Part shown: in pieces, positions 29,983 to 44,628 of the stretch | Numbering within the stretch: position 1 is the stretch's first letter | Layout of the letters: every line of letters starts with the position of its first letter | NCBI GenBank assembly: GCA_023230665.1 | Contig: JALNWY010000001.1 | Location: 21,031 to 85,030, forward strand | From: Deltaproteobacteria bacterium | Lineage (GTDB): Bacteria; Desulfobacterota; Desulfomonilia; UBA1062 | DNA length: 64,000 nt | Direction of reading: 5' to 3' | Position numbers and translations under genes: made by a program | The notes under the pieces: generated by a model | The model's input: the letters and a program-made list of their open reading frames with translations, nothing else | Told to the model about the DNA's origin: nothing | Databases searched by the model: none

Positions 29983-30244
29983 ATTACCCTCCTTCTTAGG
30001 ATATTGCGTCACCTTGCCATTATACCTGTAGAGACTGTGGACAGCCTAACGATCCGACCATTTCAAACTGTTTTGAGTAATAACATAATATACTACCCCA
30101 AGAAGACTGGTGTCAAGGCAATTCTGAATGACGGTTCATTTTTAATCTTCCGGACAGGCTGCCTGGACAGCACCGGCATGAGATGGTATTCGCAGCTTTC
30201 ACACGGGTGCGGGAAGCCGCTTCCGGCAGGCTGCCGGGCGCCGG

Positions 30245-31519
30245 CTATCGTGAATCCTCCTGCGGAAGAGGGTTCTTGTCGTGATAGATGACCTTCATGG
30301 GGTTTACATCCCGCTTGATGCCTTTGACACGGATCGTTCCCATGGGCTCGAAGCCCGACAAGATCTCGGATCCCTCGGGAACCATCTCTCTGGTGATGCT
30401 GGAGACGATGATCTCTCCCGGCATGCTCACGGATTCGAGCCTCTGGGCGAGATTCACCGGCTCACCTATCACGGTGTAGTTCATCTGGTTCTTCGTTCCG
30501 ATGTTCCCTGCCAGAACAATGCCGGTGGCAATCCCCACACCGATATCGATGGGGAAAAGACCATCGCTCTGAAGTTTCTTTTTCAGGGCCTTCATTTCCA
30601 GCTGGATGTCCACCGCGCACGCGATTGCCCGCACCGGATCGCGGGCGTCCGGGTCGGGAATCCCGAAAACGGCCATGACACCGTCTCCCAGAAACTTGTC
30701 GAGCATGCCCCCATGCTTGAATATGATGGGCACCACGGTGGCAAAAAACCGGTTCAGGACCTCCACCACGTCCTCCACCGTGTGTTTCTCCACCAGCGAG
30801 GTAAATCCCGTGATGTCGGCGAACACGATGCTCACCATTTTTCTCTGTCCGCCCAGCCCGGTCATGCGCTCATCCGCCACCAGGCGCTCCGCCAGGCCCG
30901 GCGAGAAATATCTGCCCAGGTTCATCCGCTTCTTCTCAAGATCGAGCAGGTCTTGATACGTCCTCACCAGGGATGCCGTAATGGAGAGCTGGTCGGCAAT
31001 GAGCTCAAAAAACCGCAGATCGTTGGGTCCGAATGAGCTGGCCACATTGTCGCGGAAATTGATTACCCCGATGCAGCTTCCCTCGGAGATGATCGGCACG
31101 CAGGCGAGCGACCCCTTCTGGTTCGTGCCCCGGTTGGAAAAATTCGGGTCCTTGGTGACATCCGGGATATAAAGGGTCCGGCCGGTTTCCAGCACCTTCC
31201 CCGCCACCCCTTCTCCCTTTTTCAGCAGAATGGGGGGCCTTTTGGGTGAATCGCTCCGCATGGAGGCGCTGACCACATAGAGCTGCTGGGTATCTTCATC
31301 CAGGAGCATCACCGAGACACTGAAGATGCCTGTTGCCTGCTTGATGATATCGAGCTGTCCGATAAAGAGCTGGTTCCAGTGAGCGAGACTGGCTCCCTTG
31401 AGCGCGTCTCCCAGCTCCTTGAGCAGGGAGAGCTCCGCGATCTTCTGTTCGTATCCCTCTTCCAGGGATACGATGCGCTCTTTGAGAACGGTTTCGATAT
31501 CCGGGTTGATCATATTCAC
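30245..31519 (-). CDS. GAF-domain adenylate/guanylate cyclase (class III nucleotidyl cyclase)
   Basis: Central GAF region, then a cyclase domain (VSIVFADITGFTSL ... FLGDGVMAVFG ... YTVIGEPVNLAQRLES). A GTG at 31519 overlaps the HDOD stop; the alternative ATG is at 31513. Confidence 0.7.
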   Translation of the reverse strand: MNMINPDIETVLKERIVSLEEGYEQKIAELSLLKELGDALKGASLAHWNQLFIGQLDIIKQATGIFSVSVMLLDEDTQQLYVVSASMRSDSPKRPPILLKKGEGVAGKVLETGRTLYIPDVTKDPNFSNRGTNQKGSLACVPIISEGSCIGVINFRDNVASSFGPNDLRFFELIADQLSITASLVRTYQDLLDLEKKRMNLGRYFSPGLAERLVADERMTGLGGQRKMVSIVFADITGFTSLVEKHTVEDVVEVLNRFFATVVPIIFKHGGMLDKFLGDGVMAVFGIPDPDARDPVRAIACAVDIQLEMKALKKKLQSDGLFPIDIGVGIATGIVLAGNIGTKNQMNYTVIGEPVNLAQRLESVSMPGEIIVSSITREMVPEGSEILSGFEPMGTIRVKGIKRDVNPMKVIYHDKNPLPQEDSR

Positions 31520-32946
31520 GTTTCCAGTATCGTCTTGACCCGCTGCACGATATCTCCTGCTGTCTGGGAGAGCTCGTCCTGTGATATGGCAGGCTCCTTC
31601 CGCTCGGAGAGGTAGCTCACCGCAGCACTGTTGACCTTTGCCGGATCAATGCTTCCGCAATGCGCCAGGACATCGGCGAGATGCACTGTGACAGCGAGCG
31701 ACATGTCCCGTGCCCTGGAGGGAAGATGGTGGCTCATGAGGCCGTCGACGATCGCCTCGGGCAGGTTCCACCGCTCGGCGATGTATCCCCCCATCTCGGC
31801 GTGGGATATGCCCGAATCTATTTCCTCGTCGGCCAGGTCTTCCAGCGAGGCAGGCCCGGTGAATCCGCCAATGAAATGGCCCCGCTGCAGAAACACGATC
31901 TTGCCCAGATCGTGCAGCAGCCCCACCGTATACAGGCGCTGCTTGTTGGAATAACCCAGGTGGGGCCCCAGCCATTGGGAAAGATGCGCCACTACCAGGC
32001 TGTGCTCCCAGAGCCGTTTCGCGACTTCAGGAGAAATGGTTTCGAGGATCTTGTGGATCGCAATGGAAAAGGCCAGGTTGATCACCTCGTCATTGCCCAG
32101 GATGACCACGGCCTGCTCGACAGAGTCGATCTGCCGGTGAAACCCGTAGAAAGCCGAATTTACCACCTTCAGAATACGGGAGGTCAGCACGGGATCTTTC
32201 TCGATGATTCCCGCCATCTTCGAGGCCGCCAGCAATGAATCCCCTGCAAGACCAATGATCTCCTGGGATATGGACGGCAGGGTGAAGAGGTTCTCGATGT
32301 TCCGGAACCTTCTGAGCGTGTTCTTTCCCTTTTCGCTCTTTGCCTCCATCTTTTCCTGATAGCGCCACGACTGAAACAGGGCCGTGATTTCAGCCTCGCT
32401 GACACTCTCGCGGCTATCGCCTGAGTTCCAGTGACCATAGGGGATGTAGTCCCTCACCCAGGAGAGCTCGGGATTGTCCGATTCTCCGAGAAGGTACCTC
32501 ATTTCGTTGGGGTGGCTTGCAAGGAAGGCCAGGAATTGATAGAACGTGGATGAGATGAACCTGCTTTCAGGATCATCCCTGATCCCGCTGCTCCGAGCGT
32601 CCTTGATGGAATCCCACAATCGCTTCACCCAGGGGGTGGATCCCATGAAGCGGAGCCGATCCATTGCCTCGAAGAACAGGGCCTCGATCTCATGGCCGTC
32701 CTGGGGATACACGGCGATGCCCTTGGGAAGAGAGAGAAATCGGGTGGATGCCTCGCTGGCCTGCGTGTTGAAAAGCCCAATCACGAGGTAGTCTTTCATG
32801 CTCACCGCAGTGTCAACGGCCCTCTTGCAGCCCAGGGCCTTGTCTGCATACCGCCGGGGGATGACCACGATGGACATGCTCCCCCCCAGCGAGCGCACCT
32901 TCTGCAGCTCGATGTCCAGTGGGGCAAGGATATCGGTGTGTTCCAT
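31516..32946 (-). CDS. HDOD-domain protein with an uncharacterised N-terminal domain of about 230 aa
   Basis: C-terminal HD-related output domain (LPSISQEIIGLAGD...DPVLTSRILKVVNSAFYGF ... GLLHDLGKIVF ... HAEMGGYIAERWNLP). I cannot assign a family to the N-terminal half from sequence alone. Confidence 0.7.
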   Translation of the reverse strand: MEHTDILAPLDIELQKVRSLGGSMSIVVIPRRYADKALGCKRAVDTAVSMKDYLVIGLFNTQASEASTRFLSLPKGIAVYPQDGHEIEALFFEAMDRLRFMGSTPWVKRLWDSIKDARSSGIRDDPESRFISSTFYQFLAFLASHPNEMRYLLGESDNPELSWVRDYIPYGHWNSGDSRESVSEAEITALFQSWRYQEKMEAKSEKGKNTLRRFRNIENLFTLPSISQEIIGLAGDSLLAASKMAGIIEKDPVLTSRILKVVNSAFYGFHRQIDSVEQAVVILGNDEVINLAFSIAIHKILETISPEVAKRLWEHSLVVAHLSQWLGPHLGYSNKQRLYTVGLLHDLGKIVFLQRGHFIGGFTGPASLEDLADEEIDSGISHAEMGGYIAERWNLPEAIVDGLMSHHLPSRARDMSLAVTVHLADVLAHCGSIDPAKVNSAAVSYLSERKEPAISQDELSQTAGDIVQRVKTILET

Positions 32947-33040
32947 AATTGCTCTCTATCGACCCAAGTCGATCGAATCTTGACTTTCAGGGCATGGGCC
33001 ATTAGGATACCTCATCATCAAAATCTAAAGGGACCGGAGC

Positions 33041-34243
33041 ATGATCACTGTAGAACAAGCCCGTGGAATCATCGTAGGCCGGATTACGCCCCTTCCCGCG
33101 GAAAAAATCCCCCTCGATCAGGCCCTGGGCAGATATTTGGCCGAGGATATCGTTTCTGCGACGGATATCCCGCCCTGGGACAATTCTGCCATGGACGGCT
33201 ATGCGGTTCGCGTCCAGGATGTCCCAAAGGAGGGGGTGCGCCTGGATATCTCCTATGAAATCCCTGCCGGCAGCCTGCCTAAAGGGCCTCTCGACAAAGG
33301 CCGTGCGGTGAAAATCATGACCGGAGCGCCGGTGCCGCCGGGCGCGGACGCCGTGGTCAAGCGGGAAGACTCTCAGGAGTTTGAGGGTTCGGTCGTCATC
33401 CGCACCCTTCCCCGGAAGCACGACCATATCCGTTTCGCGGGAGAAGATATCCGTACAGGCGAGATGATCCTGGAGAAGGGGACCCTGCTGGAGGCGCCCG
33501 AGATCGGCGTTCTTGCCTCTCTCAGGCGCAGGATGGTGTTCTGCCGGCAGAGGCCTGTGGTGGCGATCATCGCAACCGGGGACGAGGTGGCGGATCTCGA
33601 TGAGGAACTCGCCGAGGGCAAGATCCCGTCGTCCAACTCATGGTCCCTCATCTCCCGGGTGAGGCAGCTCGGGGCGGTACCTTTATACCTCGGGATTGCC
33701 AGGGATACTGCGGCCGATCTCAGGGGCAAGTTCGCCCGGGCATCACGGGCGGATCTCATCCTGACATCCGGAGGGGTATCCATGGGCGATTACGATGTGG
33801 TACGCGATGTCATGACCGAGAGCGGCAACTCCATGGAGTTCTGGAAGGTGCGGGTGAAGCCGGGCAGGCCGCTTGCTTTCGGTGTCATCAACAACATCCC
33901 CGCCATCGGGCTGCCCGGAAACCCCGTATCTACCATGCTCTCATTCGATCTGTTCGCCCGTCCCGCCATCCTGAAGTTCATGGGCGCCCTCACCCTCACT
34001 CTGCCAAGGGTCCGTGCCAGGCTCACGGAAGAGATACGTGGCTCCAGTGACCGTCCACAGTATGTCCGGGGTATCTTAAAGAGATGCGGCGACGAGCTGT
34101 GCGCTTCGCCCACCGGGCCGCAGGGCTCGGGTATTCTGTCTTCCATGGCCAGGGGAAACTGCTACATGATCGTTCCCCAGGGGAACGAAACACTTAAGGA
34201 GGGGGAGTATGTAGAGTGCGAGATTTTCCGTCCCTCGTGGTAA
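33041..34243 (+). CDS. moeA: Molybdopterin molybdotransferase
   Basis: 400 aa, MoeA domain order, GGVSMGDYD motif. Confidence 0.85.
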   Translation: MITVEQARGIIVGRITPLPAEKIPLDQALGRYLAEDIVSATDIPPWDNSAMDGYAVRVQDVPKEGVRLDISYEIPAGSLPKGPLDKGRAVKIMTGAPVPPGADAVVKREDSQEFEGSVVIRTLPRKHDHIRFAGEDIRTGEMILEKGTLLEAPEIGVLASLRRRMVFCRQRPVVAIIATGDEVADLDEELAEGKIPSSNSWSLISRVRQLGAVPLYLGIARDTAADLRGKFARASRADLILTSGGVSMGDYDVVRDVMTESGNSMEFWKVRVKPGRPLAFGVINNIPAIGLPGNPVSTMLSFDLFARPAILKFMGALTLTLPRVRARLTEEIRGSSDRPQYVRGILKRCGDELCASPTGPQGSGILSSMARGNCYMIVPQGNETLKEGEYVECEIFRPSW

Positions 34244-34402
34244 TGCCGGAGAATCCCTTTTGCGGGATAGAACATCTAAAAACTCCGAAAAATGCTTGTA
34301 CATGCTGCAGCAGCCAATATCTTCTATGATAAGCATTTTCTGTTGACAGCTTGAGATTTATCAGTATAAGTACCCTACTTCCTAAGCGAAACGGAGGATA
34401 GA

Positions 34403-34789
34403 ATGCTGAGAAAAAATGAGCTCCTCGAGATTAAGGAGATCTTGGCGGAAATGAAGCACGAGATCCTCAAGAACCTGGAAGAGAGGATCAAATCGAATGA
34501 CCTCTCCGATCAGAGAGAAATCGGCGACATCTTTGATGACGCGGATCTTGAGCAGTCCCGTGAGTTCAATCTCCTGCTCAGCACCCGGGAGAGGCAGAAG
34601 CTCGAGCAGATAGAGAATGCCCTGGCCCGAATGGAAAGGGGTGAATACGGTTTCTGTGAGGACTGCGGAGAGAATATTCCGGTGGGCCGCCTCAAGGCCA
34701 TGCCGTTTGCTGTTTTATGCGTGAAATGCAAATCCGAAAGAGAGAGTATCGAAGGGCACGCAACCGTGTATCTTGAAGAAAAGGGGTAG
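34403..34789 (+). CDS. dksA: DksA/TraR-family C4 zinc-finger transcription factor
   Basis: N-terminal coiled-coil, then CEDCGENIP...CVKC four-Cys zinc finger; 128 aa. Confidence 0.75.
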   Translation: MLRKNELLEIKEILAEMKHEILKNLEERIKSNDLSDQREIGDIFDDADLEQSREFNLLLSTRERQKLEQIENALARMERGEYGFCEDCGENIPVGRLKAMPFAVLCVKCKSERESIEGHATVYLEEKG

Positions 34790-34794
34790 AGGAT

Positions 34795-37743
34795 ATGCCC
34801 TATAGAATCGAGGTCGGCCTGAAGCCCGGCCTCTTTGATGCTCGTGGGGAGCGTTCGAAAAAACAAATCCTGCGTGCTTTTCCGGCTCTCGACAAAAATA
34901 TCGCGGTCCGCTGTATCGACGTCTATACCGTGGACGGGGAGGATCTCGACAATGCATGGATAAGCGATGCATTCTGTGATCCCGTGATCCAGGACATCGC
35001 TCTCAACGCCCCGTTTACCCGGGAGTTCGCCTGGTACATCGAGGTGGGTTACAAGCCCGGTGTCACCGACAATGTGGGCCGGAGCGCTTCGTATGCCCTG
35101 CATCTCATTACCTCCCGGCATTATCCCGTGTATTCCGGACGGGCATATCTTCTTTCGGGAAACTTAAGCCGGGACCAGGCCGAGAAGATCGCGGCAGACT
35201 GTCTTGCAAACTCGCTGATTCAGGATGTCCGGGTCCTGGGCCCGCACGAGATCCTCGGGGTCAGGCCGCACATACCGGTCGTCTCGCTGAATCATGTTCC
35301 GGCGGTTCATGAGGTATCGCTCGATCTCGACGATCAGGGGCTCATCAAGCTCTCACGAGAAAAGACCCTGGCGCTCAATCTCGAAGAGATGAAGACGATA
35401 GCCTCGTTCATAGCCGATCCGGAAGTAAGGCGGATACGCGCTCAGATGGGCCTGGGTGAAAAGCTCACGGACGTGGAGCTCGAGAGCCTCGCACAGACCT
35501 GGTCGGAGCACTGTAAGCACAAGATATTCAATGCCGAGATCGACTATCAGGAAAACGGGAAGAGGGAGCGCATTTCCTCTCTCTTCAAGACCTATATCCA
35601 GGGCGCAACCCGAGACATCCGGGCCAGTGCCGGAGAAAAGGACATCTGCGTGAGCGTGTTCACCGACAATGCGGGTGTGATCCGCTTCACGGACGATCAT
35701 CACCTCGTGTTCAAGGTTGAGACGCACAATTCGCCTTCCGCCCTTGATCCCTACGGCGGCGCGCTCACCGGGATCGTGGGCGTGAACCGCGATCCCTTCG
35801 GCACGGGCATCGGCGCGAAGCTCATCTTCAATACCGATGTCTTTTGTTTTGCAGATCCTGCCTATGCAAAAGCTCTCCCGCCCAAGATCCTCCACCCGGT
35901 CAGGATCTTCGAGGGGGTCCGGGAGGGCGTGGAACACGGAGGAAACAAGTCCGGGATACCAACGGTAAACGGCTGCATCGTCTTCGACGACCGCTATCTC
36001 GGAAAGCCCCTGGTATACTGCGGAACGGCCGGAATCATGCCCGTACAGGTCGCAGGCGTACCTTCCCATATCAAGGACATCAGGCCGGGCGACCTCATCG
36101 TCATGTCGGGCGGCAGGATCGGCAAGGACGGCATTCACGGCGCGACCTTCTCTTCCGAGGAGTTCCACGAAGAATCGCCCACCTCGGCCGTCCAGATCGG
36201 CGACCCCATCACCCAGAAGAAGCTCACCGACTTTCTCCTGCGGGCCCGGGACCTCGGGCTGTACCGCGCAATTACCGACAATGGGGCAGGGGGCCTCTCC
36301 TCTTCGGTGGGCGAGATGTCACAATTGAGCGGGGGCTGCCTTATCGAACTGGACAAGCCTCCCCTGAAATACCCGGGCCTGGATCCGTGGGAGATCCTTC
36401 TTTCCGAGGCCCAAGAACGCATGACGCTTGCGATCGCACCCGAGAACATCGATGCCTTTCTCGATCTCTCCGCTCAGATGGACGTGGAATCAACGGTCAT
36501 CGGTTCCTTCACCGATTCGGGATACTTCCAGTGCACCTATGAAAGGAAGACCGTGGCATACCTGCCGCTCGAATTCCTGCATAACGGGGTCCCCCGGATG
36601 CATCTCTTCGCCGGGTGGGAGCCGAAGATCGAGCCGGATCCGCTTACCCCCGTTCCCGAGGATCAGAACGCCAAGCTCTTGGAAATGCTCTCCCGGCTCA
36701 ATATCTGTTCCAAGGAATACGTGGTCCGGCAATATGATCATGAGGTGCAGGGCGGCTCTATCATCAAGCCGCTGGTCGGCCGCTATGCGGACGGTCCCTC
36801 CGACGCAGCCGTTGTCCGTCCGATCCTGGGGCTCTCGAAGGGAGTGGTCGTTTCCAACGGCATCGTTCCCCGGTATTCAGACATAGATACCTACCACATG
36901 ACTGCCTGTGCCCTTGACGAGGCCCTGAGAAACTATGTGTGCGTGGGCGGCGACCCTGACCACTGGGCCTGTCTCGACAATTTCTGCTGGTGCGACCCGG
37001 TCAGGAGCGAGCGCAACCCGGACGGCGAACACAAGCTCGCACAGCTGGTCCGCGCGAACAAGGCCCTCTACGACTACGCGGTCGCATTTTCCTGCCCCCT
37101 GATCTCAGGCAAGGACAGCATGAAAAACGACTACATCGGCCCGGGGATCAAGATATCCATTCCTCCGACCATCCTCATCTCCGTGATCGGCACCATCCCT
37201 GAGGTGAAGAAGGCCCTCACCATGGACTTCAAGAGCGCTGGCCATCTCGTATACCTGCTCGGCGCAACCAGACATGAGCTCGGCGGAAGCGAATATTTCG
37301 CATCCTGCGGAATCATCGGGTCATCCGTGCCAAAGGTCGATGCCGAAACCGCTCGTGCGAGATACCGAAATCTCCATAAGGCCATCTGCGGTTCGCTCGT
37401 CGCTTCGGCCCATGATCTCTCCGACGGCGGGCTGGCCGTGGCGCTGGCCGAATCGGCTTTTTCAGGTAATCTGGGCGTGGAAATCGATCTGAAGGAAGTC
37501 GCCTGCGAGCCCGGCATGAATGACACCGAGGTCCTGTATTCTGAATCTCAGAGCAGGATTCTCGTTTCGGTCTCCCCTGAAAGGGCCCAGGAATTCGACT
37601 CGATTTTTGCCGGCGATGCACGCCGGATCGGCAGGGTAATACCGGAGCAGAGACTTATCATCAGATCACTCGACAACGGGCGGCTCATCGACCGCGATCT
37701 CGCATCGCTGAAGCGGTCATGGAAAGCCCCTCTGGACTTCTGA
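34795..37743 (+). CDS. purL: Phosphoribosylformylglycinamidine synthase subunit PurL with a fused N-terminal PurS-like domain
   Basis: 982 aa. First 90 aa follow the PurS pattern (RIEVGLKPGLFDARGE); the rest has PurL AIRS-like domains (SHCKHKIFNA, GTGIGAKL). Confidence 0.85.
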   Translation: MPYRIEVGLKPGLFDARGERSKKQILRAFPALDKNIAVRCIDVYTVDGEDLDNAWISDAFCDPVIQDIALNAPFTREFAWYIEVGYKPGVTDNVGRSASYALHLITSRHYPVYSGRAYLLSGNLSRDQAEKIAADCLANSLIQDVRVLGPHEILGVRPHIPVVSLNHVPAVHEVSLDLDDQGLIKLSREKTLALNLEEMKTIASFIADPEVRRIRAQMGLGEKLTDVELESLAQTWSEHCKHKIFNAEIDYQENGKRERISSLFKTYIQGATRDIRASAGEKDICVSVFTDNAGVIRFTDDHHLVFKVETHNSPSALDPYGGALTGIVGVNRDPFGTGIGAKLIFNTDVFCFADPAYAKALPPKILHPVRIFEGVREGVEHGGNKSGIPTVNGCIVFDDRYLGKPLVYCGTAGIMPVQVAGVPSHIKDIRPGDLIVMSGGRIGKDGIHGATFSSEEFHEESPTSAVQIGDPITQKKLTDFLLRARDLGLYRAITDNGAGGLSSSVGEMSQLSGGCLIELDKPPLKYPGLDPWEILLSEAQERMTLAIAPENIDAFLDLSAQMDVESTVIGSFTDSGYFQCTYERKTVAYLPLEFLHNGVPRMHLFAGWEPKIEPDPLTPVPEDQNAKLLEMLSRLNICSKEYVVRQYDHEVQGGSIIKPLVGRYADGPSDAAVVRPILGLSKGVVVSNGIVPRYSDIDTYHMTACALDEALRNYVCVGGDPDHWACLDNFCWCDPVRSERNPDGEHKLAQLVRANKALYDYAVAFSCPLISGKDSMKNDYIGPGIKISIPPTILISVIGTIPEVKKALTMDFKSAGHLVYLLGATRHELGGSEYFASCGIIGSSVPKVDAETARARYRNLHKAICGSLVASAHDLSDGGLAVALAESAFSGNLGVEIDLKEVACEPGMNDTEVLYSESQSRILVSVSPERAQEFDSIFAGDARRIGRVIPEQRLIIRSLDNGRLIDRDLASLKRSWKAPLDF

Positions 37744-37744
37744 C

Positions 37745-38557
37745 ATGGCACAGATCAAGGCGCTGGTTATCACGGGCTTCGGCACAAACTGCGAGATGGA
37801 GATGTCTTATGCATGCAGTCGGGCCGGGGCACTGAGCGATGTGGTTCACATAAGCGATGTTCTGAACGGCTCTACCCGCCTGGCCGACTATCATTTCCTG
37901 AATCTGCCGGGCGGTTTCCTCGATGGTGACGATCTGGGCTCCGCCCAGGTGGAAAGCGTGAGGTTGAAGTATGCCAGGATTCAGACATCCGGTAGGACCC
38001 TTTTCGAGGAAATCCGAGACTTTATCGATCGAGGGATGATCATTCTCGGGGTATGCAACGGATTTCAGGCCCTGGTGAAATCCGGACTTCTTCCCGGGAA
38101 CCCGGTGGGAAAGCGCCGCGTTTCCCTCTCGTTCAACGATTCGGCCAAGTTCGAAGACCGCTGGGTCAGGCTTGCCGTGGATCCTCAGAGCCCGTGCATC
38201 TTCACCCGCGGCCTCGACCGGATCTTTTTGCCTGTGCGCCACGGTGAGGGAAAGTTCGTCTGCGACAGCGACGCCACGCTCGGCGAGATCAGAAACAGCC
38301 GTCTTGCGGTCCTGAAGTATGCGGACGATTCGTATATGCCTACCATGGATTACCCTGCAAACCCAAACGGCTCCATAGACGCGATAGCCGGTATCTGCGA
38401 CCCCTCCGGCCGCATCTTCGGGCTCATGCCGCATCCAGAGGCGTTCAATCACCCAACGAACCATCCCGCATGGACCCGCCTGAAAGAGCTTCCCGAAAAA
38501 GGGGAGGGCATGGTCATCTTCGAGAACGCGGTGGAGTTCCTCAAGGGAATCATCTAG
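37745..38557 (+). CDS. purQ: Phosphoribosylformylglycinamidine synthase glutaminase subunit PurQ
   Basis: Class-I glutamine amidotransferase motif (GVCNGFQAL nucleophile elbow) and the PHPE motif near the C-terminus. Lies 1 nt after the purL stop. Confidence 0.8.
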   Translation: MAQIKALVITGFGTNCEMEMSYACSRAGALSDVVHISDVLNGSTRLADYHFLNLPGGFLDGDDLGSAQVESVRLKYARIQTSGRTLFEEIRDFIDRGMIILGVCNGFQALVKSGLLPGNPVGKRRVSLSFNDSAKFEDRWVRLAVDPQSPCIFTRGLDRIFLPVRHGEGKFVCDSDATLGEIRNSRLAVLKYADDSYMPTMDYPANPNGSIDAIAGICDPSGRIFGLMPHPEAFNHPTNHPAWTRLKELPEKGEGMVIFENAVEFLKGII

Positions 38558-38650
38558 TTCTACGGCGGCAGACGCTCGCAATCCGACCCCAAGGAACGGC
38601 GTGGTTCATCTGCAGAGAAAGGGTTTTGCCAATGATGGTGATTGCTCTGC

Positions 38651-41071
38651 TCAGGCCTCCTCGCCCACGTTTCTGGTGAAGTCAATGATCTTTTCGTTTT
38701 CCTTCATCCTGATGGCGCGCACCCCCTGCGCAGAGCGCGTCGAGGTTGTGCGTATCTGGGACACCGGCATCCGGATGATCTGTCCGGATGTGGAGATGAT
38801 CATGAGCTCGTCGGTTCTCTGAACCACCCTGATCCCCACCAGATTGCCCGTCTTTTTCGTGATATGCACCGTCAGCACGCCTTTGCCGGCCCGTTTCTGG
38901 ACAGGATACCTGTTCACCGGGGTCTTCTTGCCATAGCCGAACTCCGTGAGGTTGATCACGTAGTCCTCGGGTGAGGTGATGACGTCCATCCCGACCACCA
39001 GATCGCCCTCGTCCAGACGAATGGCTCTCACGCCCTGGGCCTGCCTTCCCATGACCCTGACCTGATCTTCGGAGAAGATAATGGCCTTGCCATGGCCCGA
39101 GGCAACGATGATGTCGTCATTGCCGCTGGTGAGACGGGCGGATATCACTTTGTCCCCGGGCTCCAGGGTGCAGGCGATGATGCCGTTTTTGATGATGTTC
39201 GCAAAGTCTCGGAGCATGACTCGTTTGGTATACGCCTTTGCGGTGACCATCATCACCCTTGCGTCGGCCGTGAGATCAGACGCCACCAGGATGGCACAGA
39301 TCCGCTCCTCTTTCTGCAGGGGCCGGATATTGACGATGGGTACCCCCTTCAGGGCCCTGTCGCGTTCGGGAACCTCATAGACCTTGGTGTGATACACCCT
39401 GCCGGTATTGGTGAAATAGAGGATCGAGGTATGATTGGAGGCAACAAAAATATGCTCGATAAAGTCGTCCTCCGTGGCGGCCCCGGCCCGTATGCCCACT
39501 CCACCCCGCTTCTGGGTCCGGTACTTGGTGAGCTCGGTGCGCTTGATATATCCCTTTCTCGTCATGGTGACGACCATCTGCTCGTCGGGAATCAGCTCTT
39601 CGATATTGAATCCTCCTGCGGAACCGCGGACGATGAGTGATCTGCGCTCGTCGGCATACTTTTCCTTGATCTCGATGAGCTCGCTCCTGATGACATTGAG
39701 CAGCTCTTCCCGGTCGGCGAGAATTTTTTCAAGACGAGCAATTTCTTCCATAAGCCTTTGATATTCATCGGTTATCTTGTCGCGCTCGAGTCCGGTGAGC
39801 CTTTGGAGTCTCATATCGAGAATGGCCTGCGCCTGGATCTCGCTCAGCTCGAACCGCTGCATGAGGTTGTCCCTGGCAACCTGCGGGGTGGACGAAGCCT
39901 TGATGATGGCCACCACCTCATCGATATTGTCCAGGGCCTTGAGCAATCCTTCGAGGATGTGAACCCGTGCCCTGGCCTTGCCCAGCTCGAAGATGCTCCT
40001 GCGGGTGACGACTTCCTCGCGGAAATCGAGGAACGCCTGGAGCAGCTCCTTGATGCCCATCACCTTGGGCCTTCCGTTATGGATGGCGAGCATATTCATG
40101 GAAAATGAGTTCTGGAGGTTGGTGAGCTTGTAGAGCTGCTTTTCGACCACCTCGGGTTGGGCTCCCCGTTTCAGATCGATCACCACGCGCATGCCGTCCT
40201 TGTCGGACTCGTCGCGGATATTGGAGATGCCGTCGATCTTCTTGTCCTGGGCCAAGATCGCGATCCTTTCAACCAGATCCGCCTTGTTCACCGTATAGGG
40301 AAGCTCGGTGATGATGATCTTCTCGCGGTTGCTGTCCCGCTCGATATCGACCTTCCCGCGTATTGTGATGATTCCCCGGCCCGTTGCATAGGCCTTCTCG
40401 ATCTCGCCGTTGGAAAAGATGATCCCTCCGGTGGGGAAGTCCGGGCCGGGGATGATCTTCATGATATCCGCAAGCCCGATTTCCGGTGAATCAATCAGAG
40501 AAATCAGGGCGGCTATGGTCTCGTCACTGTTGTGCGGAGGGATGCTCGTAGCCATTCCGACGGCGATTCCCGATGAACCGTTCAGCAGCAAAGCCGGTAT
40601 CCGGGTGGGAAGGACGTCCGGCTCAAGCAGGGATTCATCGTAATTCGGGTGCATGTTCACGGTTTCTTTTTCGATATCCGAGAGCATTTCCTCGGCAAGG
40701 CGCTCCATCCGGATCTCGGTATATCGCATAGCAGCCGGTGGATCGCCGTCAATGGACCCGAAGTTGCCTTGGCCGTCCACCAGGGGATAGCGCATGGAGA
40801 AATCCTGGGCCATGCGGACAATGGTATCGTACACCGCGGAATCACCGTGGGGATGGTATTTACCAATGACGTCTCCCACGATTCTCGCTGATTTCTTGTA
40901 TGGCCGGTTATAGGTATTGGAAAGCTCGCTCATGGCGAACAATACCCTTCGGTGGACAGGCTTGAGGCCGTCCCTCACATCCGGGATGGCCCGCCCGATA
41001 ATGACGCTCATGGAATAATCCAGGTATGAGCGCCTCATTTCCTGATCTATTGCTACTGAATCTGTCTTCAT
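38651..41071 (-). CDS. gyrA: DNA gyrase subunit A
   Basis: N-terminal gate with the active-site Tyr region ([10 protein letters not shown]), and QRDR-like [17 protein letters not shown]; 806 aa. Confidence 0.95.
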   Translation of the reverse strand: MKTDSVAIDQEMRRSYLDYSMSVIIGRAIPDVRDGLKPVHRRVLFAMSELSNTYNRPYKKSARIVGDVIGKYHPHGDSAVYDTIVRMAQDFSMRYPLVDGQGNFGSIDGDPPAAMRYTEIRMERLAEEMLSDIEKETVNMHPNYDESLLEPDVLPTRIPALLLNGSSGIAVGMATSIPPHNSDETIAALISLIDSPEIGLADIMKIIPGPDFPTGGIIFSNGEIEKAYATGRGIITIRGKVDIERDSNREKIIITELPYTVNKADLVERIAILAQDKKIDGISNIRDESDKDGMRVVIDLKRGAQPEVVEKQLYKLTNLQNSFSMNMLAIHNGRPKVMGIKELLQAFLDFREEVVTRRSIFELGKARARVHILEGLLKALDNIDEVVAIIKASSTPQVARDNLMQRFELSEIQAQAILDMRLQRLTGLERDKITDEYQRLMEEIARLEKILADREELLNVIRSELIEIKEKYADERRSLIVRGSAGGFNIEELIPDEQMVVTMTRKGYIKRTELTKYRTQKRGGVGIRAGAATEDDFIEHIFVASNHTSILYFTNTGRVYHTKVYEVPERDRALKGVPIVNIRPLQKEERICAILVASDLTADARVMMVTAKAYTKRVMLRDFANIIKNGIIACTLEPGDKVISARLTSGNDDIIVASGHGKAIIFSEDQVRVMGRQAQGVRAIRLDEGDLVVGMDVITSPEDYVINLTEFGYGKKTPVNRYPVQKRAGKGVLTVHITKKTGNLVGIRVVQRTDELMIISTSGQIIRMPVSQIRTTSTRSAQGVRAIRMKENEKIIDFTRNVGEEA

Positions 41072-41098
41072 GAATATTCCTTGTCGTATGAATGTATA

Positions 41099-44628
<3,530 letters not shown>

